A stretch of DNA of 64,000 bases from Methyloligellaceae bacterium (GTDB taxonomy: Bacteria > Pseudomonadota > Alphaproteobacteria > Rhizobiales > CBDHHC01), in assembly GCA_965263345.1 (NCBI GenBank), contig CBDHHC010000005.1, positions 79,134-143,133 on the forward strand, given 5' to 3'. Below, piece by piece: positions 1 to 9,655 of the stretch. The notes beneath the pieces are model-generated. The model made no database searches. It saw nothing but the letters and a program-made list of their open reading frames with translations, and was not told the origin of the DNA. The position numbers and the translations under genes are program-made. Within the stretch, counting starts at the first letter, position 1. Each line of letters opens with the position of its first letter.

Positions 1-960
1 AGAAGCAACAGGAAACAAAACCGTAAACAGCAACAAAACGACCGCAAACGGAAGAAGCCCAACCATCAATCCATGAGGCAAAACAGGCTGACGCTGAAAA
101 GTTATAATATATGTCACCAAATAAAGTGAAAGCGGAATAATCCAGATAAACGGTCCTGCGGCAATATCTGTCGTAATATTATTCGTCACCGCAATTAATA
201 AAGCAGATGGAACAAACGTCAAACCGATCCAATACAATCGATCTGCCCAACTGACAGACCCAACAACATTGTTTTGAACATCATTCACATTCAACGCTTG
301 AGGCTGAGCCCTAGCACACCATAATAATACTGCAGATCCGATCACACTTCCAATCAAAACCAGATAACCAAATGACCAGAACACACCTTGCGAACTCAAC
401 GCAAAACTTGGTTCAATCAAAAACGGATAAGATAAAAGGGCCAACAAGCTACCAAAATTACTTGCCCCATAAAGGAAATACGGATCGCTAGCATGGGCAT
501 GATCAGTTTTTGAAAACCAGGCTTGTAAGAGAGGACCGTTACCAGAGAGTGCAAAAAATGGTAATCCAATAGATAAAACAAATAAACCAATAACCCAGAA
601 TTGCACTCCCTCTTCAGGCGGTATATCCCACCCCTGGACCACCTGAATCGGGAGCACAACACATGCCATAAACAATACGATACAGTGAACCAATATCCCC
701 TGTTTTAGGCTAACCAGACGAATGAGACCATGAGCATAAGTGTAACCTGCAAGTAGCATCGCCTGAAAAAAACACATGGCAACTGACCAAACAGCTGGAG
801 AGCCACCAAGTTTTGGTAAAACCATTTTAGCAAACATCGGTTGGATGGCAAAAAGCAGGAAAGCACTGATAAACAGTGAACTCATAAAGCTTATGAGCAA
901 TATAATGTCTTTCCCCTTGAGAGCTGACCCGGCTCTAGAGGTAAGATAATAGTCTGTCAT
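1..960 (-). CDS. Polytopic membrane protein, first 320 codons (gene runs off the left edge); resembles the membrane domain of spermidine-synthase-like fusion proteins
   Basis: Absent from the ORF track because it has no stop in the window. Reverse complement of 958-960 is ATG and the frame stays open to base 1 (MTDYYLTSRAGSALKGKDIILLISFMSSLFISAFLLFAIQPMFAKMVLPKLGGSPAVWSVAMCFFQAMLLAGYTYAH...). Hydrophobic helices run throughout. The family name rests only on recall of this motif. Confidence 0.6.
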   Translation of the reverse strand, partial: MTDYYLTSRAGSALKGKDIILLISFMSSLFISAFLLFAIQPMFAKMVLPKLGGSPAVWSVAMCFFQAMLLAGYTYAHGLIRLVSLKQGILVHCIVLFMACVVLPIQVVQGWDIPPEEGVQFWVIGLFVLSIGLPFFALSGNGPLLQAWFSKTDHAHASDPYFLYGASNFGSLLALLSYPFLIEPSFALSSQGVFWSFGYLVLIGSVIGSAVLLWCARAQPQALNVNDVQNNVVGSVSWADRLYWIGLTFVPSALLIAVTNNITTDIAAGPFIWIIPLSLYLVTYIITFQRQPVLPHGLMVGLLPFAVVLLLFTVLFPVAS

Positions 961-1163
961 GTCAGTACTCACCTAAGGATTTCTCAAGCCCCCAATCCTT
1001 GGAGATGAGATGTCATCCACCCGATAAAAAGCACGATAACACGCTATGCTTAAGATATTCCTTACGCGGTGATTTTTTTATGGAAAATAAGATTTAACTT
1101 GCTTAACTGTTAGAAAACCACTTATAAAACCCTGATTTTATCCCTTAGCAATTGGAGTTTATC

Positions 1164-2738
1164 GTGCCGGAATATTCGCACCGTCGCACTTTTGCAATTA
1201 TTTCTCACCCTGATGCGGGCAAAACAACACTTACGGAAAAGCTGTTGCTTGCTGGTGGTGCCATTCATACGGCTGGTGAAGTGAAGGCAAGGGGTGATAA
1301 TCGTCGTGCCAGATCTGACTGGATGAAGATTGAACAGGACCGTGGAATTTCTGTTACATCTTCTGTTATGACATTTGTTCATAATGATCTAACATTTAAC
1401 CTTTTGGATACTCCTGGCCACGAAGACTTCTCAGAAGATACTTACCGCACCCTTACTGCAGTTGATTCAGCAATCATGGTCATTGATGTTGCTAAGGGCA
1501 TTGAGAGCCAAACCTTGAAACTTTTTGAAGTTTGTCGCCTGCGCGATATTCCAATTATGACATTCATCAATAAAACAGATCGTGAAGGCCAAGAGATCTT
1601 TGACTTGATGGATGAGATCCAGGAAAAACTAGCTCTTGATATTGCTCCTCTTGTTTTACCAGTCGGTATGGGAACAGATTTTCATGGACTTTATGATATT
1701 TCTAAAAACCAGTTCCATACTACATCAGATCCAAGCTCAGGCATGTTTGATAAACTGATTGAGTGTGATGGTCTTGAAGATAAAAAACTTGACGACCTTG
1801 TACCTGATTTCGTTCTTGATACGGCACGTGAAAACATAGAACTCTCCCAAGCTGGCTATTGTGAGTTTGACCAAGAGGCTTATCGTGATGGCACTATGAC
1901 CCCTGTCGTCTTTGGTAGTGCTTTAAAAAATTATGGAGTTAGCAAACTAGTAGAGCTGATTGCGGCCCATGCCCCTGAGCCACGACCAAGTACAGCTGAT
2001 GCCAGAGACGTTACACCTGACGAAAAGAACGTTACTGGCTTTATTTTCAAAGTTCAGGCGAACATGGACAAAAATCACCGCGACCGCGTCGCCTTTATGC
2101 GCATGTGCTCTGGTAATTTTAAACGCGGCATGAAACTCAAACAAACACGCACAGGAAAAGATATCATGGTTCACAGCCCTATCTTTTTCCTTGCTCAGGA
2201 TAGAGAGATTGCCGAAGAAGCAGGCCCTGGAGATATTATTGGCATCCCTAATCATGGTACGGTTCGGGTTGGTGATACTTTTACACAGGGGGAACAGATC
2301 CGCTTTACAGGTTTGCCAGCATTTGCTCCGGAAATTTTACGACGTGTGAGGCTCGGTGATACGTCGAAAATTAAACAACTTAGAAGCGCTTTAGAAGATT
2401 TGTCTGAAGAAGGGCTTATACAGGTCTTTAAGCCTTCAATTGGCTCTAATTGGATTGTTGGCGTTGTTGGGGTCCTACAATTAGATGTGCTAGCGTCCCG
2501 GGCCAAGCAGGAATATCGTATTGATATCAGTTTTGAGCCTGTTCCTTATGATACCGCGCGCTGGATCCGGGCAAAAGATGAAAAAGCACTTAAAACATTT
2601 CTTGAACAACATCGCTTAAATATTGTGATGGATCGTGATGATCAGCCCGTCTTTATGGCTAAAAATGCCTGGGAAATGAACTATGTGGTGGAAAAACACA
2701 CTGATCTAGAGTTTTTAAAGACAAAAGAGTTGGAATAA
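1164..2738 (+). CDS. prfC: Peptide chain release factor 3 (translational GTPase)
   Basis: ORF 1152..2738. RRTFAIISHPDAGKTTLTEKLLL (P-loop), DTPGHEDF and INKTDR GTPase motifs occur in RF3 spacing and length. GTG at 1164 lies 7 nt after GGAG and is preferred to the TTG at 1152. Confidence 0.93.
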   Translation: MPEYSHRRTFAIISHPDAGKTTLTEKLLLAGGAIHTAGEVKARGDNRRARSDWMKIEQDRGISVTSSVMTFVHNDLTFNLLDTPGHEDFSEDTYRTLTAVDSAIMVIDVAKGIESQTLKLFEVCRLRDIPIMTFINKTDREGQEIFDLMDEIQEKLALDIAPLVLPVGMGTDFHGLYDISKNQFHTTSDPSSGMFDKLIECDGLEDKKLDDLVPDFVLDTARENIELSQAGYCEFDQEAYRDGTMTPVVFGSALKNYGVSKLVELIAAHAPEPRPSTADARDVTPDEKNVTGFIFKVQANMDKNHRDRVAFMRMCSGNFKRGMKLKQTRTGKDIMVHSPIFFLAQDREIAEEAGPGDIIGIPNHGTVRVGDTFTQGEQIRFTGLPAFAPEILRRVRLGDTSKIKQLRSALEDLSEEGLIQVFKPSIGSNWIVGVVGVLQLDVLASRAKQEYRIDISFEPVPYDTARWIRAKDEKALKTFLEQHRLNIVMDRDDQPVFMAKNAWEMNYVVEKHTDLEFLKTKELE

Positions 2739-2898
2739 AGTGACTAAAAAACAAAAACTTATAAAAAAATAGCAGATATTTGCGTTCAAATTGCAAACAG
2801 CTCTTGCCAATCAGTAATGAAATCATTATTTTGCCGTTCATTATCTCTTGTGCAGAGGCAATTCTTAGTCATTTTACCCATCAAATGACACATAATAC

Positions 2899-2988
2899 GG
2901 AGAGGTGGCCGAGTGGTTGAAGGCACCGGTCTTGAAAACCGGCAGGCGTGCAAGCGTCTCGAGGGTTCGAATCCCTCTCTCTCCGCCA
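2899..2988 (+). tRNA. tRNA-Ser (anticodon UGA), CCA encoded
   Basis: ggagaggtggccgagtggttgaaggcaccggtcttgaaaaccggc...gagggttcgaatccctctctctccgcca. It has a 7-bp acceptor stem, anticodon loop cTTGAaa, a long variable arm and a GTTCGAATC T-loop. Confidence 0.93.
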
Positions 2989-3399
2989 TTAAATTTTTCA
3001 CATCATTATATAGACTGAAATTAATCCATTATTCCACTCTGACTGAAATGCCTTTATAAGTCATTCTTTACTTTAGATTACTTTCTGGATCCCTTTTGTG
3101 TCACCAAAATTATCTACTTATCCCAGCGTATCCAGGTTGAAGTTGGCAATGAAGAAGAAATAATCAGAACCACCTGCAAACAAGGCCTGCCGGACTGTTA
3201 AAAATAAAAAATTTTATGTCATGAAAAATGTGATTTATGTGAGTTTTCTCTCGATTATGCCATAACACTAGCATAGTACCGTTGCGGTGTCAAGGACTTT
3301 TTTCCTGGGTATTTATTCTTTTTTTTATTATGGTTGATGAAGGGTTAAAGCCACCACAACTCGCCTCACCTGCAAACACACTCCCTTCAAAAGTAGGGT

Positions 3400-3725
3400 G
3401 CTTTAGACGAAGCTGAAACGCACCGTTGGCGGGGATGTGCTTGGTGTGTTACGCTTGCGCTAACGCACTCTTGTAAGTTTATTCTTAACCGAATCTGGAG
3501 ATGTTCAGAACGCTATTTGAGAGACATGTTCCTCAAATAGCGGGAAGGAAAGTTCTTTGGTGCTCTTCGACAGCCCGCCAAGACGGACAGGATTGATGTC
3601 TGTATGCTTGCACTTATGGCAGAAGCAATCAGACCGATCCGTTTACCACCAAGATTCAAACTGAATTCCAGGAGATAGAAACTTTAGAAAAACAGAAACA
3701 AACTATTGAGCTGGTGAGAATATCC
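3400..3725 (+). pseudogene. Decayed IS110-family transposase fragment (N-terminal/middle part only, several frameshifts); borders approximate
   Basis: Frame from 3541 reads REGKFFGALRQPAKTDRIDVCMLALMAEAIRPIRLPP, matching the AKTDxIDAxxLA block typical of IS110/DEDD transposases. After a frameshift near 3645 it reads TTKIQTEFQEIETLEKQKQTIELV, like the coiled segment that follows that block. There is no start, no C-terminal domain, and stops interrupt it. Confidence 0.4.
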
Positions 3726-3735
3726 TTATTTCAGC

Positions 3736-4341
3736 TTAAGTTCTTGCTAAATGTGCCTCAACGAAATTCAACCTATCCTGGCCAAAATAAAGTTCACCTT
3801 CAATAATAAATGTAGGAGAGCCGAAGACGCCTTTTTCGATTGCACGTTTTGTATAATTTTCTTGCGTTTGTTCTATATCTGATGCTGAGGCATGGTCTAG
3901 GATTTCTGTGGCAGCGAGTCCTGCATCACTTAATAGTGTGTTAACATCATTAAGATCTGCAATGTTTTTATCCTTTGCCCATACACCACTCATTAATGCT
4001 TGTGCCACAACTGCCTGGCTCATTCCTAATTTACCAGCTGCTATAATACATTTTCCAGCCAGCAGATCCGGTGTTGGCCAGAATTTAGGTTTCAAATTGA
4101 GAGGAAGGTCCAAATGTTCCCCCCAACGTTTCATATCGGCCTGGCGATATGCTAATCGTGATGGAGATTGTTTTGCAGGTGCCACTGATTGATTGGCTTC
4201 GAACACACTTGCGATCTTAACAGGATAGAACGCCACTTTGGCTGAATAGTTTTCCGCCAGTTTGATGAACCTCTGATGTCCAAGATAGGCAAATCCCGAT
4301 AGTGGTGTAAAAAAATATTCAATCTCTAATGACATCTGCAA
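3736..4341 (-). CDS. 2-hydroxychromene-2-carboxylate isomerase family protein (DsbA-like thioredoxin fold)
   Basis: 201 aa. N-terminal IEYFFTPLSGFAYLG and C-terminal GVFGSPTFIIEGELYFGQDRLNFVE are characteristic of the HCCA isomerase/DsbA-like family. Confidence 0.75.
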   Translation of the reverse strand: MQMSLEIEYFFTPLSGFAYLGHQRFIKLAENYSAKVAFYPVKIASVFEANQSVAPAKQSPSRLAYRQADMKRWGEHLDLPLNLKPKFWPTPDLLAGKCIIAAGKLGMSQAVVAQALMSGVWAKDKNIADLNDVNTLLSDAGLAATEILDHASASDIEQTQENYTKRAIEKGVFGSPTFIIEGELYFGQDRLNFVEAHLART

Positions 4342-4359
4342 ACAACCTCTTTCTTAATT

Positions 4360-5217
4360 TTATGCGGCGTAAGGGTAACCAGCTTCGATAGGAAGCTCTG
4401 GATCACGAGACCATTCATTCCAGGAACCAAAATAGATTGATACATTTTCTATTCCAGCTTCTTTTAAGGCTACAAATGTATTTGATGCCCGGGCCCCTTT
4501 AAAGCAATATATTATGACATTCATGCCAGGTTTAATTCCAACGGAAGAACATTCTGCAAGTAATTCTTCTTTGGTTTTCATCATTGGTCCGCTTGTACCT
4601 GGTTTCATCATACGGTACCATTCAATCCAGACTGCACCAGGAATACGCCCTTTTCGAGGACAAAAGTCTTTGCCATAAGGAGATGAACTCTCTCCAATCC
4701 ATTCATCGACATCTCTTACATCTAAAAGGACCGTATTAGGATCTTTAATTGCTTCTAACATTGTAGAAACATCAACCATAATAGATGCCGCTTCAGGTTT
4801 AACCGTAAATTCTTTTGCAGTGATTTCTGGAGCTGACTGGCTAATTTCGCCACCAGCTGCGGACCATGCTTGATATCCTCCATGAAGAATTGTTGCTTTT
4901 GGATATCCAAGATATTGAAGAAGATAATACCCACGGCATGATTGCCCAAATCCAGTATTCATTGACGCTTCATAAATAACTGCAGTTTCTTCACCAGACA
5001 GACCAGCCTTACCAAATTCTTCCGCAAATTTATCCGTTAACTCTTTGAAACCTTCAACCGTTGACGTTGCAAGATAAGTGAATATGTCGTGCATATTAAC
5101 GGCACCTGGGATATGACCTGCTGCATAACTCTCCGGGTCTCTTGTATCAATAATCACGATCTTATCTGTTGACTGTAATGTTTTGAGTTCTTCAGGTGTA
5201 ATCAATGCGCTGACCAT
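4360..5217 (-). CDS. Two-domain rhodanese sulfurtransferase (thiosulfate/3-mercaptopyruvate type)
   Basis: 285 aa with tandem rhodanese domains. The inactive N-domain has IIDTRDPESYAAGHIPGAVNM. The C-domain active-site loop is IIYCFKGARAS. Confidence 0.85.
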   Translation of the reverse strand: MVSALITPEELKTLQSTDKIVIIDTRDPESYAAGHIPGAVNMHDIFTYLATSTVEGFKELTDKFAEEFGKAGLSGEETAVIYEASMNTGFGQSCRGYYLLQYLGYPKATILHGGYQAWSAAGGEISQSAPEITAKEFTVKPEAASIMVDVSTMLEAIKDPNTVLLDVRDVDEWIGESSSPYGKDFCPRKGRIPGAVWIEWYRMMKPGTSGPMMKTKEELLAECSSVGIKPGMNVIIYCFKGARASNTFVALKEAGIENVSIYFGSWNEWSRDPELPIEAGYPYAA

Positions 5218-5248
5218 TATATTCTCCTTTTCGATTGTAATCTACTAA

Positions 5249-5740
5249 CTAATACTGCCGATGAAATATTTTTGATTTTTGATAGCTTTTTATTGCTGAA
5301 TTGAGTTCATCTAACTCTGGACAGCCATATCTGCAAATCTCTTGAAGGCGTTTCTTTAAATTTTCAGTTTTTTTGATTTTTCCTATACGAAGATAAAGTT
5401 GACCAAGATAAGCATGAGCGCCACGATGTTTGGGGGCATATTGCAGAGCTTTTAAATATGCCTCTTCAGAGGCTTTAAACAAACTCAAATGACGCAAACT
5501 ATAACCTAGATAGTTCCAGGCATCTGCAAAGTCTGGTTTATCTGAAACTATTTCTTTTAAGATCCGAATGGCTTTCTTATACTCTTTTTTACGAATAGCC
5601 CCTAAAGCCCCAAGCATGCGTGGCTCTGACATCCAGTTCGATGACGTGGTTCCATCTCCAATACCTCCGGCACAATATGCTTGAGAATGTATTAAGGTGA
5701 GTAAGGCCATCGCAAAGAGGATATTTATTGTGAGCAGCAT
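5249..5740 (-). CDS. Exported TPR-repeat protein
   Basis: 163 aa with an N-terminal signal-like helix. TPR-like repeats (ADAWNYLGYSLRHLSLFKASEEAYLKALQYAPKHRGAHAYLGQLYL) are followed by a C-terminal CRYGCPE motif. The start overlaps the upstream stop (5740). Confidence 0.6.
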   Translation of the reverse strand: MLLTINILFAMALLTLIHSQAYCAGGIGDGTTSSNWMSEPRMLGALGAIRKKEYKKAIRILKEIVSDKPDFADAWNYLGYSLRHLSLFKASEEAYLKALQYAPKHRGAHAYLGQLYLRIGKIKKTENLKKRLQEICRYGCPELDELNSAIKSYQKSKIFHRQY

Positions 5741-6867
5741 TAATGAACCATCTCAGCAAGCATTTTTCTTAACTGTTTGGTTGCAGGTGTAACAATTGCT
5801 ACAAAATAGGCTTCACGCAAACGTCTCTGGGCTGCTGCATTTTGGACATATCCACGAGCTCCACAATGCAGCATTGCGGCATGAGCTGCTTTAACGGAAT
5901 CTTCCCCTGCCGCAAGGCGTGTTTGAAGGACTTTTCTCCAATATCCCATATCTGTTTCATATGGTGTCTTACTCAATGCCCAGGCTTTTTCTTTTAGTTC
6001 GGATAGACGTTCTTCAAATTCTTCTGGTTGTTCTTCCAGGTATTTATTGACATGGCCTAATGAACTACGCATTTGTTTCATGAGATCAATGGAAGATTGA
6101 ATCACACCGAAACCCATACCCAATTGCAACATAACAAAACCTGCTCTGATTTTTGGCAGATAGTCGGATATCGGATCTGCGAGGATCATACTTTCAGGGA
6201 TAAATAGATCCTTTATTTGAACGGCAAATGTTCGGGTCCCATCAAGTGCAGCAAATTGATTACCTTCTTTTAAGGCTACTGAAGCATTTGAACAATCAAT
6301 TATAGCCATTACATAATGACCTGGATTATTTTTCAATTCAAAAATACCACCAAAATAATGACCTTTTCCTAGGTTGGAGACCCAAGGCAAAGAGCCATGA
6401 ACTTTATAACCTCCAGAAACTTTTTCTCCACTTAAACGCAGTGTTTCTATACCATAGAAAGTTTTCATGGGGTTTGATAATCCAGTGCCTCCGAGTGTTT
6501 TCCCAGAAGCAATAGCTGGGCCAAGTTTTTTCTTAAGGTCTGTATTTTCAGAGTTATAAATATACCAAGCTAATGCGTCCTGACACCACATGCAAAATGC
6601 CGTTGATAGGCAATGTTCGCCAATCGTTGACATCGCTTCTATAGCTTTTTGTATAGAGGGAGTTTGTTTTGTGTAACCAGGCAGATGCTGTGAATATGCC
6701 CCAGCTTTGCCAAGTTCTCTTAAAACCTTTTCTGGATAAATTGCTTTTAAGTCAATGTCTGTAACCATTCTGGAGAGTTGTTTCTCTGCAATGATTTTAA
6801 CCTGCTCTTGCATGTCTATATTTGATGCAGGAGTTGGGGTCGTAAATTGTTTAACAAGTTCTAGCAT
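5740..6867 (-). CDS. Acyl-CoA dehydrogenase-fold flavoprotein (possibly an SfnB/DszC-type sulfur-acquisition oxidoreductase)
   Basis: 375 aa with ACAD-like length and layout. The C-terminal helical domain includes ARGYVQNAAAQRRLREAYFVAIVTPA. The subfamily suggestion comes from operon context only. Confidence 0.6.
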   Translation of the reverse strand: MLELVKQFTTPTPASNIDMQEQVKIIAEKQLSRMVTDIDLKAIYPEKVLRELGKAGAYSQHLPGYTKQTPSIQKAIEAMSTIGEHCLSTAFCMWCQDALAWYIYNSENTDLKKKLGPAIASGKTLGGTGLSNPMKTFYGIETLRLSGEKVSGGYKVHGSLPWVSNLGKGHYFGGIFELKNNPGHYVMAIIDCSNASVALKEGNQFAALDGTRTFAVQIKDLFIPESMILADPISDYLPKIRAGFVMLQLGMGFGVIQSSIDLMKQMRSSLGHVNKYLEEQPEEFEERLSELKEKAWALSKTPYETDMGYWRKVLQTRLAAGEDSVKAAHAAMLHCGARGYVQNAAAQRRLREAYFVAIVTPATKQLRKMLAEMVH

Positions 6868-6911
6868 AGAGCAACTCTCCTTTTGGTAATTGAACGGTGA
6901 AATGATGGCAG

Positions 6912-7475
6912 TTACATAAGATCCAGTTCAAGGTTTACAGGGCGTGTATATGTATTTGCGACTGGAGACCAATTTTTCACATGATCTAATAGGGCAGCAA
7001 CCTCTTCATCTGGAGCATCAGATTCCATATCAAGTTTGACGCGCACATCCGTAAAACCAACAGGTTTTTCTGAAACGTCGCCAGTTCCCCAAACCGCTGT
7101 AATGTTCAGGTCACCTTCAAGTTCGAGTTCAAGTTTTTTAATTTTAATGCCTCGTGCAATTGCATTTGCATGAATACCAACGGCAAGACATGATCCGAGA
7201 GCTGCTAAAGACGCTTCTGAAGGGTTTGGAGCTGTGTCATCACCAAGAAGCGCTGGCGGTTCATCCACAATATAAGGGGGAAGATCACGAATATAATTTA
7301 GATGTCTGAATTTTCCCTCAGCTACAGTTTTACATTTTAATGTTTTTATAGCCTGAGGGTTCTCTTTACCTTTCGTAATCAACGCATCAAGACCTGACTT
7401 ATCAATCGGGGCTAAGCCGTCTTCATCTGGTGCGAGACATGGAGTCATTGCAGTTGCTTCGTTCATCGAACTCAT
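6912..7475 (-). CDS. OsmC family protein
   Basis: 187 aa. APNPSEASLAALGSCLAVGIHANAIARGI and the C-terminal SPVANTY are typical OsmC/Ohr-fold motifs. Confidence 0.75.
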   Translation of the reverse strand: MSSMNEATAMTPCLAPDEDGLAPIDKSGLDALITKGKENPQAIKTLKCKTVAEGKFRHLNYIRDLPPYIVDEPPALLGDDTAPNPSEASLAALGSCLAVGIHANAIARGIKIKKLELELEGDLNITAVWGTGDVSEKPVGFTDVRVKLDMESDAPDEEVAALLDHVKNWSPVANTYTRPVNLELDLM

Positions 7476-7527
7476 TGATTTTCTCCTTTAGAGTTTACAT
7501 TTTTATGAAAGTTAATAATTCCCATAT

Positions 7528-8364
7528 TTATTCCTCCCGAACCCAACCAGTGACTTCGATTAATCTTTGCAGGCAAAAGTCGAGACCAAATCCTATTGCG
7601 CCGATAATGAGTACGGTTGCTGCAAGTCGATCATATTCCAGTGTGTCTCTAGCGTCGTTAATCGCATAACCGAGACCAGATGTGACCCCAAGGTATTCTG
7701 CTGGAACGAGAACAATCCAGGCCACTCCTAGTGCAAGGCGAATACCTGTTAAAATATCTTGAGAAATCGCTGGAAGAATAATGACAAACAACATATGCCA
7801 TGCCCTTGCACCAAGATTACGTGCAACTTTGAACCATGAGGGGTCCACCTTACGAAGTCCACTTGCAGTGGAAAAAATGATTGGCCATATTGCTGCTATT
7901 GCTACCAGGAAAATAATAGCGTCATCCCAACTTGCAAATGCCAGAACTGATATTGGCATCCAAGCTAATGGAGAAATCATTCGAAGAAATTGAAAGGGAA
8001 TATTCGTTGCGGTGCGTAACCAGCTATTTCGTCCTATAAGAATACCTACTGGAATTCCGATTGCGCAGGCCCACAATAATCCCATACCAACACGGTACAA
8101 ACTTGGCAGAGCAGCATTTGTTGCCTCACCAGTGGAAATCATATCAATAAGACGTGCGAATGTTGGCCCTGGAGCGAAATCTGAAAAAGATGACGTGTCT
8201 GGATTATTGGCAACAAGCCAGCCCCCAAACCACCATAAAACATAAAGAATACTTATACCAACGACGATGGGAAGTAACGACTGTAGAACAGCCGTTACCT
8301 TTGTTAAGAGGTGTATCTTTTGAGTATTTTGAATAGTCGTTTCTACAACTCCATCTACACTCAT
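7528..8364 (-). CDS. ABC transporter permease, NitT/TauT (nitrate/sulfonate/taurine/bicarbonate) family
   Basis: 278 aa with about 6 TM helices. EAA-type loop: KVDPSWFKVARNLGARAWHMLFVIILPA. Confidence 0.85.
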   Translation of the reverse strand: MSVDGVVETTIQNTQKIHLLTKVTAVLQSLLPIVVGISILYVLWWFGGWLVANNPDTSSFSDFAPGPTFARLIDMISTGEATNAALPSLYRVGMGLLWACAIGIPVGILIGRNSWLRTATNIPFQFLRMISPLAWMPISVLAFASWDDAIIFLVAIAAIWPIIFSTASGLRKVDPSWFKVARNLGARAWHMLFVIILPAISQDILTGIRLALGVAWIVLVPAEYLGVTSGLGYAINDARDTLEYDRLAATVLIIGAIGFGLDFCLQRLIEVTGWVREE

Positions 8365-9626
8365 ATTGCGACAATCTCTTCTCTATTGAAAGGGTCGCTC
8401 GGGTTGACACTTGGATCTTTTGTCCATTCTGGATATTTATTAAGCGCGTTTCTCACATATTCATAATCAACAAGATCTTTGGCAACAAATTCTGGATCAA
8501 GACCTTTTAAGAAGGTTTTGTCACCGCCAACGACTGTTTCATTCATTGACTTAACTATCAATTTGGTTGCTGAAGGATATGGCCAAGGTTGGAAATCCAC
8601 CCTACCGTTGCCCCACTCAGAATGTTTAATAGCTTCTGGATCTTTATATGTTTCTGTGTCATAGAGCGTCATGGCGCGTTCCACGACTTTCGCAGGCATT
8701 GGCAAATATTTCTTGCCATCTCTTGAGAGCATATGTGCTACTTCTTTTTTATTTTGCGACGCAAACACTTGAGCGCGGACAACTGCATTAATAACCTTTT
8801 GTGTCCATTCCTTCTTTTTCTTCGTGACATCTTCATGCATACAGACAACGCAGCATGGATGGTTCTTCCATATGTCCCCTGTAAAGCGCAGCATTTTTGC
8901 ACCAGCTTTCAATTCGCCCATGGCATTGAATGGTTCGGCAACTATGAAGGCGTCAATTTTTTTAGCAGCCAAAGCTGGAGGCATGTCTGGTGGTGGCATA
9001 ACCTGTAAGTTAACTTCATTCGGCGCAAGTTTTGCGTTTTGTGGCTTGATGACAGCTTTCAGCCCAGCACTGCGCAAGGCGATCTGAAGTACGATATTAT
9101 GCATTGAATACCAGTAAGGCACGGCAATCTGTTTACCGCCAAGTTCTGCAAATGAACCAACACCAGTATGTTTTCCTACGACTAGGCCAGAGCCATTTGT
9201 ATGTGCCCAACACATAATTTTAACAGGGAACTTGTTATTATATCTCATCCAAACCGGAATAGGTTTTAGAAAGTGAACAAGATTAAATTTACCCGCAGCA
9301 AATCCTTCAACAAGTGGTGACCAGCCACGAATAAGAGTGGGGCGTACGGCATCTAGGCCCTCATCCTTAAAGAATCCCATTCCATGTGCAACCAGTAATG
9401 CCGTTGCATCTGTGATGGGAAGATAACCAATACGAACAACATCATCATCTGCTGCGTTAGCAATCCCTCCCAGACCGGGCAGAATAGATGGCATTGCTGT
9501 CATCAAAGCGCCTGCTGCAAGCATATCTAATGTCTGACGACGAGAAAAATCTGAGTTAAAATACTCTTCATCCGGATCAGCAGAATCCGGCAAACTATTT
9601 TCTTTTACTTGGTCTTTTTCCGTCAT
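8361..9626 (-). CDS. Tat-exported ABC substrate-binding protein, NrtA/CmpA-like (NMT1 fold)
   Basis: 421 aa. Twin-arginine signal SRRQTLDMLAAGALMTAMP. VRIGYLPITDATALLVAHGMGFFKDEGLD resembles the NrtA/CmpA/SsuA N-terminal lobe. A 4-nt overlap links it to the permease gene. Confidence 0.8.
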   Translation of the reverse strand: MTEKDQVKENSLPDSADPDEEYFNSDFSRRQTLDMLAAGALMTAMPSILPGLGGIANAADDDVVRIGYLPITDATALLVAHGMGFFKDEGLDAVRPTLIRGWSPLVEGFAAGKFNLVHFLKPIPVWMRYNNKFPVKIMCWAHTNGSGLVVGKHTGVGSFAELGGKQIAVPYWYSMHNIVLQIALRSAGLKAVIKPQNAKLAPNEVNLQVMPPPDMPPALAAKKIDAFIVAEPFNAMGELKAGAKMLRFTGDIWKNHPCCVVCMHEDVTKKKKEWTQKVINAVVRAQVFASQNKKEVAHMLSRDGKKYLPMPAKVVERAMTLYDTETYKDPEAIKHSEWGNGRVDFQPWPYPSATKLIVKSMNETVVGGDKTFLKGLDPEFVAKDLVDYEYVRNALNKYPEWTKDPSVNPSDPFNREEIVAI

Positions 9627-9655
9627 ATTTCTGATCTCCTATAAGGCAAAACCTC

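Noticed and set aside
417-662. 81-aa ORF on the minus strand
   Set aside because: It is out of frame with, and wholly inside, the 320-codon membrane-protein frame that runs from 960 to the window edge.
2786-3001. 71-aa minus-strand ORF containing MAEREGFEPSRR
   Set aside because: It is the antisense translation of tRNA-Ser, a classic artefact.
3300-3720. Structured RNA (RNase P, tmRNA or 6S) in the GC-richer gap after tRNA-Ser
   Set aside because: No RNase P conserved blocks (GAGGAAAGTCC, ACAGAACCCGGCTTA) and no tmRNA tag or acceptor features are present. Protein-level similarity to an IS110 transposase fragment explains the region better. An Rfam scan would settle it.
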